A DNA stretch of 62,953 bases from an uncultured Candidatus Saccharibacteria bacterium (GCA_964490245.1 CAZBAF010000007.1:1-62953), one strand, 5' to 3'; shown: positions 35,295 through 44,207, counted from the first letter of the stretch. Notes: a model not told the origin generated them from the letters alone. Numbers and translations are program-made.

Positions 35295-36542
35295 TCAGGG
35301 CGCCAGGCGGCTGTTAAGTTCTTCGGCAGACAAAAGCTCTGCCTCTTCAGAGGTGCGGGCCTTGTATTCAACCCTTTGCTGCTCAAGCGTGCGGGCGCTG
35401 ATAACCACACGGTGCGGTATACCAAGCAGATCGGCGTCGGCAAACTTTTCGCCCGGGCGGGCATCGCGGTCATCGTACAACACCTCAACGCCTGACTTAT
35501 ATAAGGAATTATATAAGTCTTCTGCCGCCTGCGTGACGGCTGCGTCGGTGCCGATGGTTGCCAGATAGACGCGGAACGGCGCAATATTCTCGGGCCAGAC
35601 CAGGCCGCGCCCGTCACTCATCTTTTCGGCAATGACACCGATCAGACGCGTCACGCCTATGCCGTAACTGCCGATGTGCAGCGACTGCTGCGTGCCGTTC
35701 TCGTCGGTGTAGTACAGGCCCATGTCATCGGTCTTTTGGGTACCAAAGTTAAAGATATTCCCCACCTCTGCCGTTTTTACTTTTTCGAGTTCGTCGCGGT
35801 TGATGTTTAGCTCTTTGACGGCATCGTCAATCACCTCTTCGTTGACGGCAATATTCTTCTCTCTGTGCAGATAAATAACATCCTCGCCCGCATCACAGAT
35901 AGTCTGGAACTCATGGCTAAACTGGGTGAATGCTCCGCCGGAGGCAAAGGTCACATAGGTATCCGTTCCGATACCGAGCCGATCAAAGACGCGCTTGTAG
36001 GCCTCGATCACCTCGTTATAGTACCGATCCATATCCTCGGCAGTAGCATGAAAAGAGTACATATCCTTCATGACAAACTCGCGCCCGCGCATAACGCCGC
36101 TTTTGGCGCGCAGCTCATTGCGCATCTTGGTCTGGAACTGGTAAAGACTAACCGGCAGATCTTTGTAGCTGGCAATGTAGCCCTTCATCATCTCGACAAT
36201 AGGCTCCTCGTGGCTCCAGCCCAAGCCCAGCTCGGTGCCGTCCTGCAGCGCCGTCTTAAACCAGATATCTACCGTGTCTTCACTCCACCGGCCGGTTTTC
36301 TCCCAGACCTCTTTACGCTGCAAACCGGTCATGATCAGCTCGTTCGAGCGAACACTGTCCATTTCTTCGCGAACAATCTGCTTAATATTCTCGAGCACAC
36401 GCAGGCCGAGCGGCAGATAGGCATACACGCCCGCCATTTCTTTATAGACATACCCTGCCCGAATGAGCAGTTGCGCGTTTTTGGCCTGCTCATCAGCCGG
36501 CGCCTGTTTTTTCGTTTTGGTAAATAAGTGTGATACTTTCAT
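35295..36542 (-). CDS. proS: prolyl-tRNA synthetase, bacterial type, lacking the INS editing domain
   Basis: 415 aa. N-terminus and motifs 1-3 align with bacterial ProRS (FRNELRAKSGVMRGREFVMKDMYSF; GSYGIGVTRL), but only about 135 aa separate motifs 2 and 3. Confidence 0.9.
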   Translation of the reverse strand: MKVSHLFTKTKKQAPADEQAKNAQLLIRAGYVYKEMAGVYAYLPLGLRVLENIKQIVREEMDSVRSNELIMTGLQRKEVWEKTGRWSEDTVDIWFKTALQDGTELGLGWSHEEPIVEMMKGYIASYKDLPVSLYQFQTKMRNELRAKSGVMRGREFVMKDMYSFHATAEDMDRYYNEVIEAYKRVFDRLGIGTDTYVTFASGGAFTQFSHEFQTICDAGEDVIYLHREKNIAVNEEVIDDAVKELNINRDELEKVKTAEVGNIFNFGTQKTDDMGLYYTDENGTQQSLHIGSYGIGVTRLIGVIAEKMSDGRGLVWPENIAPFRVYLATIGTDAAVTQAAEDLYNSLYKSGVEVLYDDRDARPGEKFADADLLGIPHRVVISARTLEQQRVEYKARTSEEAELLSAEELNSRLAP

Positions 36543-36678
36543 GTGTTCTTTGCTTGTTTAGCGTTTATTAAAATACTTTAGGAAAATTAAAAAGCTATAC
36601 ACCCCGACGGGGCGGCAGAGTGTTCACGCGCGGCAAACTGTGCACATTCATCTGGTGCGTATTGTAGCAGACAAGCTG

Positions 36679-37464
36679 CTATGCCAGCCAGAACCGCGAC
36701 CCGAACAGCACTATGAAAGCAATGAGGTTTTTGACTGCATGCAAAAATATCGCCGGCCACAGACTGCCCAGCTTTTCGCGCACATAGCACATGACACATG
36801 ACAGCACAAAGGTATCAATCGCCGCCACCCACAACAGCGGAGTGTCGGCACCAAACTGCAGATGCGCCGCACCAAACAGCACACTGGTGATAATTGTCGC
36901 GTGTACCAGGTTAAACCTGGCTCTGAGGCTGGTAAACAAAAACCCGCGAAACAGTATTTCTTCGGCCAGCGGCGGCAGAATGACCAGTGACATAAATGCC
37001 ATAAGCAGTGCACCCCCGCTGTAAGCCGCTTCAAAACCTATCTGCTGCTCCTGATCTATATCAAGACCCGGGACAAACGTCCGGACAGCACTCAGCACCG
37101 CTATGTAGATTAGAAAATACAGCCCGTATGCCATCAGCCCATAGCCGACATCACGCACCTTAGGCGCTACCAATCCGATACGCGCAGGCGTCACATTGGC
37201 TTTCCTGATAAGCCGCAGTACCATGCCGATCAGAATGCTATATGCTGTCAGATTAAAAACAAACTGCCCCGATACCGAGTTGCGTAGCCAGGCGGTTGCC
37301 TCGGCCTCGGTCCAGTCACGCATGGCCGGATAGAAGCTTATAACGATGGCCGCCAGCAGCTGGCTCAGCAAAAATGCCGCAAATGCAAGGGCAATTGTAG
37401 CGGCCGGATCAAAACGAAAGAACGGTTTGCCTGTGGGCCCGGCAGCGTTTTTTTTGGCGTCCAT
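36679..37464 (-). CDS. CPBP (CAAX) family intramembrane glutamic endopeptidase
   Basis: EEILFRGFLF, FGAAH and HAVKN motifs; multi-TM. Confidence 0.8.
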   Translation of the reverse strand: MDAKKNAAGPTGKPFFRFDPAATIALAFAAFLLSQLLAAIVISFYPAMRDWTEAEATAWLRNSVSGQFVFNLTAYSILIGMVLRLIRKANVTPARIGLVAPKVRDVGYGLMAYGLYFLIYIAVLSAVRTFVPGLDIDQEQQIGFEAAYSGGALLMAFMSLVILPPLAEEILFRGFLFTSLRARFNLVHATIITSVLFGAAHLQFGADTPLLWVAAIDTFVLSCVMCYVREKLGSLWPAIFLHAVKNLIAFIVLFGSRFWLA

Positions 37465-37466
37465 GC

Positions 37467-38609
37467 TTAAAACCGGCGAATATCCACAATGGTTATCAGC
37501 ACAAACAGCGCCATCAGTACCGCAAAACCGGTGCCGTGAATACGCTCTTCAAGCTCTGGCCTTAAGGGCTTTTTAAGCGCACGGAACAACAGGGTAACAA
37601 ACAGCCGTCCGCCGTCCAGCGCCGGTATAGGCAGTGCATTCATAATGGCAAGCGTGAGGGATATCAGACCGACAATAAATAGCACCAGCCCAAAGCCCTG
37701 CTTCGAAATCTCAAACAATACAGCAAAGATACCGACCGGTCCGGCAACCTGACTGGAGGCCTCGTTCTGGCCGGCCTGACGCGCCTCTTTATTACCGGTC
37801 ACGAACCCGGCGATAGTCGAGCCGAGTCCCTTGAGCGCCGTTCCGATCCCTTTGAATGTGGCGACGGTAAAATCCCTGGCCACTCCCACCGCAACAATCG
37901 GTGCCGACCAGGTAGAGCGCCGGATCTCCAGACCCTCCTGTGCAGAATATGAACTGACTCCCACATGCGGCGCCGTGTCATTGAGCGCCACCTGGCGGCG
38001 AATCTCCTGATTGTCACGGCTGAGCACAACTTCGACCGTACGTCCGGCATGCGCTGCCGCCACCTGCCCCACCTTCTCGGCGGAGTCTATTGTTTCGCCG
38101 GCGATGCGGACAATCTGATCCTCGTCCTGCAGGCCGGCCTTTTCTGCCGGCGAACCTTCCAGCACTTGGTTGATCTTGATAACACCCTCATTGCGCGGGC
38201 GCTGCACGATATGCGTGTCGCTCGCCACAGTCGTCTGATTGTCGACCAGCTTTGGCATGCCCATCAGCGCCACAACCGTAAAGATAACCAGTGCGGCCAG
38301 CAGATTCATTACCACGCCTGCCAGCATAATCTTGATCTTTGCCGGCGTACTGGCCGCCCCGAACGTACCCGGCTCGGTGTCAATATCGTGCTCGCCTTTC
38401 AGCTTGACAAAGCCGCCAAGCGGCAGCCAGTTCAGGCTATAGATGGTGCCTTTGTGTTTTTTAAGTATTTTGGCGCGCGGCGGGAACCCCAGGCCAAACT
38501 CCTCAACCTCTACACCGTTACGGCGGGCCATAATGTAATGCCCCCATTCGTGCAGCAGGATGAGCACGATAAACAGAAGCAGCCCAAAAATAAAGAAAAC
38601 AATTCCCAT
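37467..38609 (-). CDS. rseP: site-2 protease RseP/RasP (M50) with PDZ
   Basis: HEWGHY zinc motif, PDZ (GSPAEKAGLQDEDQIVRIAG), NALPIPALDGG. Confidence 0.85.
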   Translation of the reverse strand: MGIVFFIFGLLLFIVLILLHEWGHYIMARRNGVEVEEFGLGFPPRAKILKKHKGTIYSLNWLPLGGFVKLKGEHDIDTEPGTFGAASTPAKIKIMLAGVVMNLLAALVIFTVVALMGMPKLVDNQTTVASDTHIVQRPRNEGVIKINQVLEGSPAEKAGLQDEDQIVRIAGETIDSAEKVGQVAAAHAGRTVEVVLSRDNQEIRRQVALNDTAPHVGVSSYSAQEGLEIRRSTWSAPIVAVGVARDFTVATFKGIGTALKGLGSTIAGFVTGNKEARQAGQNEASSQVAGPVGIFAVLFEISKQGFGLVLFIVGLISLTLAIMNALPIPALDGGRLFVTLLFRALKKPLRPELEERIHGTGFAVLMALFVLITIVDIRRF

Positions 38610-38619
38610 GACTTGATTT

Positions 38620-38625
38620 AGTATA
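38620..38625 (-). promoter_or_regulatory. -10 box TATACT 10 nt before the rseP ATG
   Basis: Minus strand reads ttcctaTATACTaaatcaagtcATG. Confidence 0.4.
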
Positions 38626-38828
38626 TAGGAACTAGGAATCAGGAACTAGTGCTTTGACATAACTGCTTGTTCGGTAGCTGGTAATTTTAATTTACCGATT
38701 TACCAATTAGCCAATTAGTCTAAATTATTTACCAGTTATCATTTGTCATTACATTTCATTCCCGCCTGGTCTGAAAAATGGCCAATGTAAAATTATTGGG
38801 AAATGGTAAATGGGAAATGGTAAATCGG
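38626..38828. repeat. repeat-dense AT-rich spacer (several short tandem repeats plus an 11-bp inverted repeat)
   Basis: taggaac/taggaat/caggaac heptads 38626-38646; ccaattag x2 38703-38718; gggaaatggtaaat x2 38798-38825; ccgatttacca at 38695-38705 inverted at 38818-38828. Confidence 0.85.
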
Positions 38829-38847
38829 CAAATTGATAAATAGTTTT

Positions 38848-39576
38848 TTACGTGCCAAAGCGGCGCTGGCGTCGGGCGTAATATAAAAGCGCCATCTTCA
38901 GATCCTGCTTACTGAAATCGGGCCAATACTTATCAATAAAAACATACTCGGCGTAGGCAGCGCGCCAAAGCATAAAGCCGCTGGTGCGGTATTCGCCCGA
39001 CGTCCTGATTACCAGATCAAGCGGCGGCACATCCGGTTCGTATAGATACCGTTCAAACTCGCGCACGCTCAAACTGCGCGGGTTTACATTGTGCCGCAGC
39101 AGTTTCTTGGCAGCATCAACAATCTCCTGCTGGCCGCCATAGTTAATACAAAGGGCCAGCGTGCCTTTTTTGCCTGCAGCTGTCCGTTTGGCCGCCTTAT
39201 CAAGTGCGTTTAATACGTCTTTGGGCAGGCCGTCGCGGGCGCCGATATGAACCAGCCTGATGTCCTTTTCGGCAAATTCATCAAGGTACTGCTGAGCAAA
39301 TCTTATGATGAGCTTCATAAGATAAGTCACCTCACTCTTGGATCGGGTCCAGTTTTCGGTCGAGAAAGCAAAGACTGACACAAACGGAATGCCGCTATGT
39401 ATGGCTGTCACTGCGATATCTTTCAGAACTTCGGCGCCCTGATAGTGCCCTTTCAGCGTCGGGAGATTCTGCTCTTTAGCCCAGCGGCGGTTGCCGTCCA
39501 TAATAAGCCCCAGATGGGTCGGCAAAACCAGTTTACCGGATTGGGAATTGGAGACTGGTGATTGGGGGGCTGCCAT
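38848..39576 (-). CDS. uppS: undecaprenyl-diphosphate synthase
   Basis: GLIMDGNRRWA, FAFSTENW, and the RTSGEYRTSGFMLW pattern. Confidence 0.92.
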   Translation of the reverse strand: MAAPQSPVSNSQSGKLVLPTHLGLIMDGNRRWAKEQNLPTLKGHYQGAEVLKDIAVTAIHSGIPFVSVFAFSTENWTRSKSEVTYLMKLIIRFAQQYLDEFAEKDIRLVHIGARDGLPKDVLNALDKAAKRTAAGKKGTLALCINYGGQQEIVDAAKKLLRHNVNPRSLSVREFERYLYEPDVPPLDLVIRTSGEYRTSGFMLWRAAYAEYVFIDKYWPDFSKQDLKMALLYYARRQRRFGT

Positions 39577-39776
39577 GAGCTACGCTCTATTCCTCAGTGA
39601 TTTCACGAGTGCATGCTCCGCCAAAGAACCGAGTGCTCACTCGGCGGCAACTGCTTGCATAGTGCATAGACGCCCAAGACAAGCTCTATGGATCGTTGCC
39701 AGACTTCCAGTTTTTGATAATCAAGCGCGGACAATTCTTCGATCTCCAATCCTCAATCTTCAATCAATCATGACCG

Positions 39777-40340
39777 TTACACCGTCATGATTTCGGTTTC
39801 TTTGGCTTTGGCGGCACTGTCAACGGCCGCCTTTTGCTGATTCATCATGTCCTCTATCTGCTGCGTAATCCGCTTGGCTTCGTCCTCGCTGATGTCTTTG
39901 TCTTTCTTTGCCTGCCCAATGGCGTCCATAGCATCACGGCGCACTCCGCGCAGGGCAATCATGCAGTCCTCTACTTTGCCGCTGAGCACTTTGGTAATGT
40001 CGCGGCGGCGCTCTTCGGTCAAAGCCGGGATTGGCACGCGCACCACCCGCCCGTCATCGCTCGGGTTAAGACCTAAGGAAGGATTGTTGCGGATAGCTGC
40101 ACTGATCGCCTGCAGATTGTTCGGATCAAATGGTGTTATCTGCAGCAGTGTGGCCTCGGGCGCCGTAATCGTGCCTACCTGGTTCAGCGGCATCTGCACG
40201 CCGTATGCCTCTACCATGACGCCGTCCAGCATGCCAGGATGCGCCCGGCCGGTGCGAATCTTTTTGATCTCTTCTTCAAAATGCGTGAGTGCTTTTTTGA
40301 ACTTAGCTTCGGCATCGTTGACAACTTGCGACGGGGTCAT
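39777..40340 (-). CDS. frr: ribosome recycling factor
   Basis: 187 aa. RTGRAHPGMLDGVMVEAYG ... LNPSDDGRVVRVPIPALTEERR. Confidence 0.95.
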   Translation of the reverse strand: MTPSQVVNDAEAKFKKALTHFEEEIKKIRTGRAHPGMLDGVMVEAYGVQMPLNQVGTITAPEATLLQITPFDPNNLQAISAAIRNNPSLGLNPSDDGRVVRVPIPALTEERRRDITKVLSGKVEDCMIALRGVRRDAMDAIGQAKKDKDISEDEAKRITQQIEDMMNQQKAAVDSAAKAKETEIMTV

Positions 40341-40372
40341 AGGGTCTCCTTTTATTTCTATTCTATCATTTT

Positions 40373-40405
40373 ATAAAAAGATCTCCTTATTGTAAGGAGA
40401 TCTTT
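40373..40405 (-). terminator. strong rho-independent terminator between tsf and frr
   Basis: Perfect 13-bp inverted repeat aaagatctcctta-ttg-taaggagatcttt (40377-40405). A T-run follows on the minus strand (ttttta). Confidence 0.75.
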
Positions 40406-40427
40406 AGGCTGCCGCGCGGATTCGGCG

Positions 40428-41024
40428 TTAGGCGACTTCGCCCAGGGCGATGCGGCTGAAACGACGCACGACAATGTTTTCGCCTAAGCGGGCGTTGTGA
40501 TCGCGAACCAGATCGCCAACACTCTGGTCAGGGTTTTTGATGAACGGCTGATCCATCAGGCATTTTTCGGCAAAGTGCTTTTTGAGCATGCCTTCAACAA
40601 TATTCTCAAGCATGTTTTCGGGCTTGCCATCAGCGCGTGCTTTTTCGGTGAACTCTGCTTTGGCTGCGTCACGAACATCGGCCGGAATGTCGTCAACCGA
40701 TACGAACTCCGGATTGCTGGCGGCGATATGCATAGCCAGGTCCTTGACCAGCTCGGTAAAGATTTCGTTGCGGGCAACAAAGTCTGTCTCGCAGTTTACC
40801 TCTATAATTACACCGATACGGCCATCATGGTTGTAGGTACCCACCACACCGGCGCGCGCCTCGCGCTCGCCGCGCTTTTCGGCCTTGGTCAGACCTTTTT
40901 TGCGCATGGCTTCCAGTGCCTTATCAAAATCACCATTGGCTTCGGTAAGAGCCGCTTTGGCGTCGGTCAGACCAACACCGGTCAGGTTTTTTAATCGCTT
41001 GATGTCGTCAATCGAAATTGCCAT
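40428..41024 (-). CDS. tsf: elongation factor Ts (short form)
   Basis: 198 aa. UBA-like N-terminus LKNLTGVGLTDAKAALTEANGDFDKALEAMRKKG. Confidence 0.92.
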   Translation of the reverse strand: MAISIDDIKRLKNLTGVGLTDAKAALTEANGDFDKALEAMRKKGLTKAEKRGEREARAGVVGTYNHDGRIGVIIEVNCETDFVARNEIFTELVKDLAMHIAASNPEFVSVDDIPADVRDAAKAEFTEKARADGKPENMLENIVEGMLKKHFAEKCLMDQPFIKNPDQSVGDLVRDHNARLGENIVVRRFSRIALGEVA

Positions 41025-41027
41025 AGT

Positions 41028-41765
41028 TTATTCCCCACTCTTTTCTTCTTTATCTGCAGCGTCTGACTGCTTTGCTGATCCCTTGCCGGTTTCGATTGCA
41101 GTTTTGACGTAGCCCGAGATTAGTTCCAGCGCCTTGATCGCGTCGTCGTTTGACGGGATAGGGTGCGTCACGCGGGTCGGATCAGCGTTTGTGTCGCAGA
41201 TAGCAATAATCGGCAGATTAAGCTTGCGGGCTTCGGCCACAGCGTTTTTGTCATGAGTCGGGTCAAACACGAACACCGCGCCGGGGCGGGCATGCATGTC
41301 TTTGATGCCGCCGTACAGTATGTTCATGTGATCGATTTCTTCCTGAAAACGCTGCACTTCGAGCTTGTTGTATTTGTTGGCCAGCTCGCCGCTCTCCATC
41401 TTTGCCTCAAGATCCTTCAGATGCTTGATGCGGCCGCCGATAGTACCCTGGTTGGTCAGCATACCGCCGGCCCAACGCTCGGTTACATACGGCATACCGG
41501 TGGCGTCAGCCAGCGCGCGTGCGATCGGCTGTGCCTGGCGCTTGGTAGCGACAATCAAAACCTGCTTGCCGCTGGCAGCGGTTTTGGTCAAAAAGGCCAA
41601 CGCCTCATCCAGCTTTTCGACAGTTTTGGTGAGGTCAATAATATGGCTGCCTGCCCGCTTGCTATGAATGTACGGCGCCATCGCCGGATGCCAGCGGCTG
41701 GTCTTGTGACCAAAATGCGCGCCGGCCTGCAATAACTCTTTAATATCGACAGTTGTTCCTGCCAT
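41028..41765 (-). CDS. rpsB: 30S ribosomal protein S2
   Basis: 245 aa. LLQAGAHFGHKTSRWHP ... FVFDPTHDKNAVAEARKLNLPIIAICDTN. Confidence 0.95.
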   Translation of the reverse strand: MAGTTVDIKELLQAGAHFGHKTSRWHPAMAPYIHSKRAGSHIIDLTKTVEKLDEALAFLTKTAASGKQVLIVATKRQAQPIARALADATGMPYVTERWAGGMLTNQGTIGGRIKHLKDLEAKMESGELANKYNKLEVQRFQEEIDHMNILYGGIKDMHARPGAVFVFDPTHDKNAVAEARKLNLPIIAICDTNADPTRVTHPIPSNDDAIKALELISGYVKTAIETGKGSAKQSDAADKEEKSGE

Positions 41766-41896
41766 AATTGTTTGGTAAATCCTTTCTCTTCGGTACGGTG
41801 CTAGCCCGACTGGTCCTACATGGTGCCAATCAGGAGGATTTTGCTCCGCCCTGCTTAATTTAATACAGGATTAAGTATACTGTATTTCTTTACTTA

Positions 41897-41942
41897 TTGC
41901 AATCGCTCATCGACGTGGGTTGCAATCACTCATCGGTATGGG
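41897..41942. repeat. tandem 23-nt direct repeat, 2 copies (19/23 identical)
   Basis: ttgcaatcgctcatcgacgtggg / ttgcaatcactcatcggtatggg, lying between the beta-helix gene stop and the rpsB promoter region. Confidence 0.85.
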
Positions 41943-41986
41943 CAAGCGCTGCGGCGCCAACCAAACAAATCAGCTGCTGCTAAGAC

Positions 41987-43708
41987 CTACTGGAATATAG
42001 AATCTTTGTCTTGGTTCCAGGTGTTCTGCCAGGCGCTTGTGCTGACCACCGACGAGCTGGGGATGGTGAAGTTCCGCCTGCCCTTGTAGGTATTGTTGTT
42101 AAACAGATTGTTCTGGTTCCTGCTGATGTTGTCCTGAATGGACGCGACAGTAAAGGCGCGGCCGCCCATGCCGTAGCCTGACCAAATGGCAGCTCTGGCG
42201 CAGTTGGTAGCGCTTTGCGAACACCAGCTGCTTCCGGCGCTTGTTATTTCGAAGATATTATCCACCACCCTGACGTTCCGCGTTCGCCAACGGCAAAGGT
42301 GCGCGTTGCTGACGACATTGGCGCTGGAACATTTGGAGATATTAGCATTGCGCTCAGAGTCGTTTTTGCCCTGAATAAGCGGCGGGCACCAGCTCGTATC
42401 GTTGCTTGTACAGTACCTGCCGGCGTCCTCCCAGAGGCTGATGTGGTTCCAGTTATCGACAACATAGTTGTTTGTCACCAGTAGCTCAGCCGGGAATGTA
42501 CCGCCAAGATAATTCTTTACCGCTTCGTCGCCGCCGGATTCGGATATATAGATGCCGGTGTTGTTATTGCCGCCTTTGTCCTGGACATAATTGCCGGTAA
42601 TGTAGTTGTCGCGGATGATACCGCTGTAGCTGATTTCGTAGAATATACCCCGCTTCCGGTTGTCTTTGCTGACATTGGCCTCTATTAATATGTCGATATT
42701 GTTATTGTCTATCCAGATACCGTTACCGTTGTTGCTGTGAACATTATTGTTGCGGATAGTGACGTTCTTGGCATTCCAGACCTTTAGCCCGCCGGAGCAG
42801 CCGGTGCAAACACCCAGTGTTTCAATCGCGTTACTGCGGTTGTTGTACCTGATCTCATTGCCCTCTACGAGCACGTTGACCCGCTGCTCATAGTTGCCGC
42901 CCCTGGAGGGCACCGAAAAGCCCAGCTGCTCATTGTATTCTATGCAGTTATTCAGCAGCTTGGAGTCATCAACCAGCCAGATGCCGGAGCCGCCATTATG
43001 CGAAATTGTGTTATTGGATACCGTCCAGCCCGGTGACTGACCCCAGTTGATTGCCGTCTGGTTGACCATAGAGGTTGTTTTGCCGTCTGACTGGCCGAAA
43101 TTCTTGATAGTCAGGTGCTTAATCGTCACATTGCTGTAATGGGCTGCGCCCTTGAAGGCCATGCTCATTGTCCGGCTGCCGCTGGTGTAGTTAGTCGTAA
43201 ACTGGCCGTCCAGGACCGCCCCGGGCGCACCAATATACTGATTGCCTGTCTTAGGATCAATCGGCCCGTTCGGCAGAGTATGCGTGCCTGCTGTCAGATA
43301 AAAAGTCGTGCCCGCCGGCCTGGATGAGGTTAGAGCCCTCAGATCAGTACCGGGGTTAACCACGACCGCACCGGCTGGCGGACTGGTCGGCCCATTCAGT
43401 ACAGAGGCATTGCCGCACACCTTAAAGTCATCCTGGCCCGGCCAAGCCGACTCGCTTATATTGCCGAACTGCACATAGCTGCCGCCCGACGCCTGCGTAT
43501 CACTGCCGGTGGTAACACCGCTTAAAATACCGCTCTCGGGCTCAAAGCTCAGCACCCCAGTGGCCGCCCGCGTGGCAACAAGCAGCGCCGTGGCTGCAAC
43601 CGCAAACAGCAGAACTGCGGGCAACAACGGGACCCTCCGCCCGTGCGAAGGTTTAAACTTCTTGGCTCTCCGCAATTTTCGCAAATACTTATTCATGCTT
43701 TCATGCAC
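41987..43708 (-). CDS. membrane-anchored right-handed parallel beta-helix protein (pectate-lyase/tailspike-like)
   Basis: 573 aa. N-terminal anchor VPLLPAVLLFAVAATALLVA. Multiple PbH1-type repeats (NNTISHNGGSGIWL, IRNNNVHSNNGNGIWID, IRDNYITGN, VTNNYVVDN). Confidence 0.7.
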   Translation of the reverse strand: MHESMNKYLRKLRRAKKFKPSHGRRVPLLPAVLLFAVAATALLVATRAATGVLSFEPESGILSGVTTGSDTQASGGSYVQFGNISESAWPGQDDFKVCGNASVLNGPTSPPAGAVVVNPGTDLRALTSSRPAGTTFYLTAGTHTLPNGPIDPKTGNQYIGAPGAVLDGQFTTNYTSGSRTMSMAFKGAAHYSNVTIKHLTIKNFGQSDGKTTSMVNQTAINWGQSPGWTVSNNTISHNGGSGIWLVDDSKLLNNCIEYNEQLGFSVPSRGGNYEQRVNVLVEGNEIRYNNRSNAIETLGVCTGCSGGLKVWNAKNVTIRNNNVHSNNGNGIWIDNNNIDILIEANVSKDNRKRGIFYEISYSGIIRDNYITGNYVQDKGGNNNTGIYISESGGDEAVKNYLGGTFPAELLVTNNYVVDNWNHISLWEDAGRYCTSNDTSWCPPLIQGKNDSERNANISKCSSANVVSNAHLCRWRTRNVRVVDNIFEITSAGSSWCSQSATNCARAAIWSGYGMGGRAFTVASIQDNISRNQNNLFNNNTYKGRRNFTIPSSSVVSTSAWQNTWNQDKDSIFQ

Positions 43709-43826
43709 ATTATCTTTACCCTTAAGGTTATCGCGTGCACCCGCTCAAGTCAAATTATGAAAAGTTTTATAGAGAGCACGCCTGCCCCTGTTACCGCGCC
43801 CTGCCGGACAGTGCCCAATCAATTTA

Positions 43827-43855
43827 TTGACGAAAGCATAACAGATAGGTATAAT
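43827..43855 (+). promoter_or_regulatory. sigma70-type promoter TTGACG-17 nt-TATAAT, 7 nt before the rpmE ATG
   Basis: TTGACG 43827-43832, 17-nt spacer, TATAAT 43850-43855, ATG at 43863. Predicts a leaderless or near-leaderless transcript. Confidence 0.6.
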
Positions 43856-43862
43856 AGTGCGG

Positions 43863-44192
43863 ATGAAGAAAGATCTACACCATAAAGATTATCGGCATGT
43901 CGTGTTTGAGGACCTCAATAACGGCGTCCGTTTTTTGACACGCTCCACCGTTGCAGCCGAAGAAACCATTAAGTGGGAAGACGGCAACGAATACCCGCTG
44001 GTCAAAGTACACATCAGCAGCGCCAGCCACCCGTTCTTTACCGGCGAAGAGCGCATCGTCGACATCGAAGGACGCGTTGATAAGTTTAAGGCCCGTGCCG
44101 AAGCCGCTGCCAAAGCCCGCGAAGCCCGCAAGCCTAAAAAAGAACGCAAGACCGAAACCAAGACCGAGACACAAAAGCTCGGCGCCCGCTAG
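43863..44192 (+). CDS. rpmE: 50S ribosomal protein L31, type B (no CxxC) with Lys-rich C-terminal tail
   Basis: [17 protein letters not shown] ... HPFFTG. Start moved to the ATG because the ORF-track GTG at 43857 lies 1 nt after the -10 box. Confidence 0.88.
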   Translation: MKKDLHHKDYRHVVFEDLNNGVRFLTRSTVAAEETIKWEDGNEYPLVKVHISSASHPFFTGEERIVDIEGRVDKFKARAEAAAKAREARKPKKERKTETKTETQKLGAR

Positions 44193-44207
44193 CTACGTAT
44201 AAAATAT

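Noticed and set aside
24784-36680. T-box or other riboswitch leaders upstream of serS, lysS and proS.
   Set aside because: Upstream spacers are only 6-100 nt (serS apparently leaderless). No T-box consensus (AGGGTGGTACCGCG-like) or specifier-loop architecture was seen.
36587-36799. 70-aa ORF between proS and the CPBP gene, and the 68-aa ORF at 27650-27856.
   Set aside because: They overlap the ends of better-supported genes, have Cys/Ala/His-rich odd composition and have no start-site signals.
39577-39776. Possible degraded pyrH or small gene in the 200-nt frr-uppS spacer, with hairpins ccgagtg..cactcgg.
   Set aside because: No open frame with kinase motifs. The content is short repeats and hairpins only. 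It is treated as non-coding.
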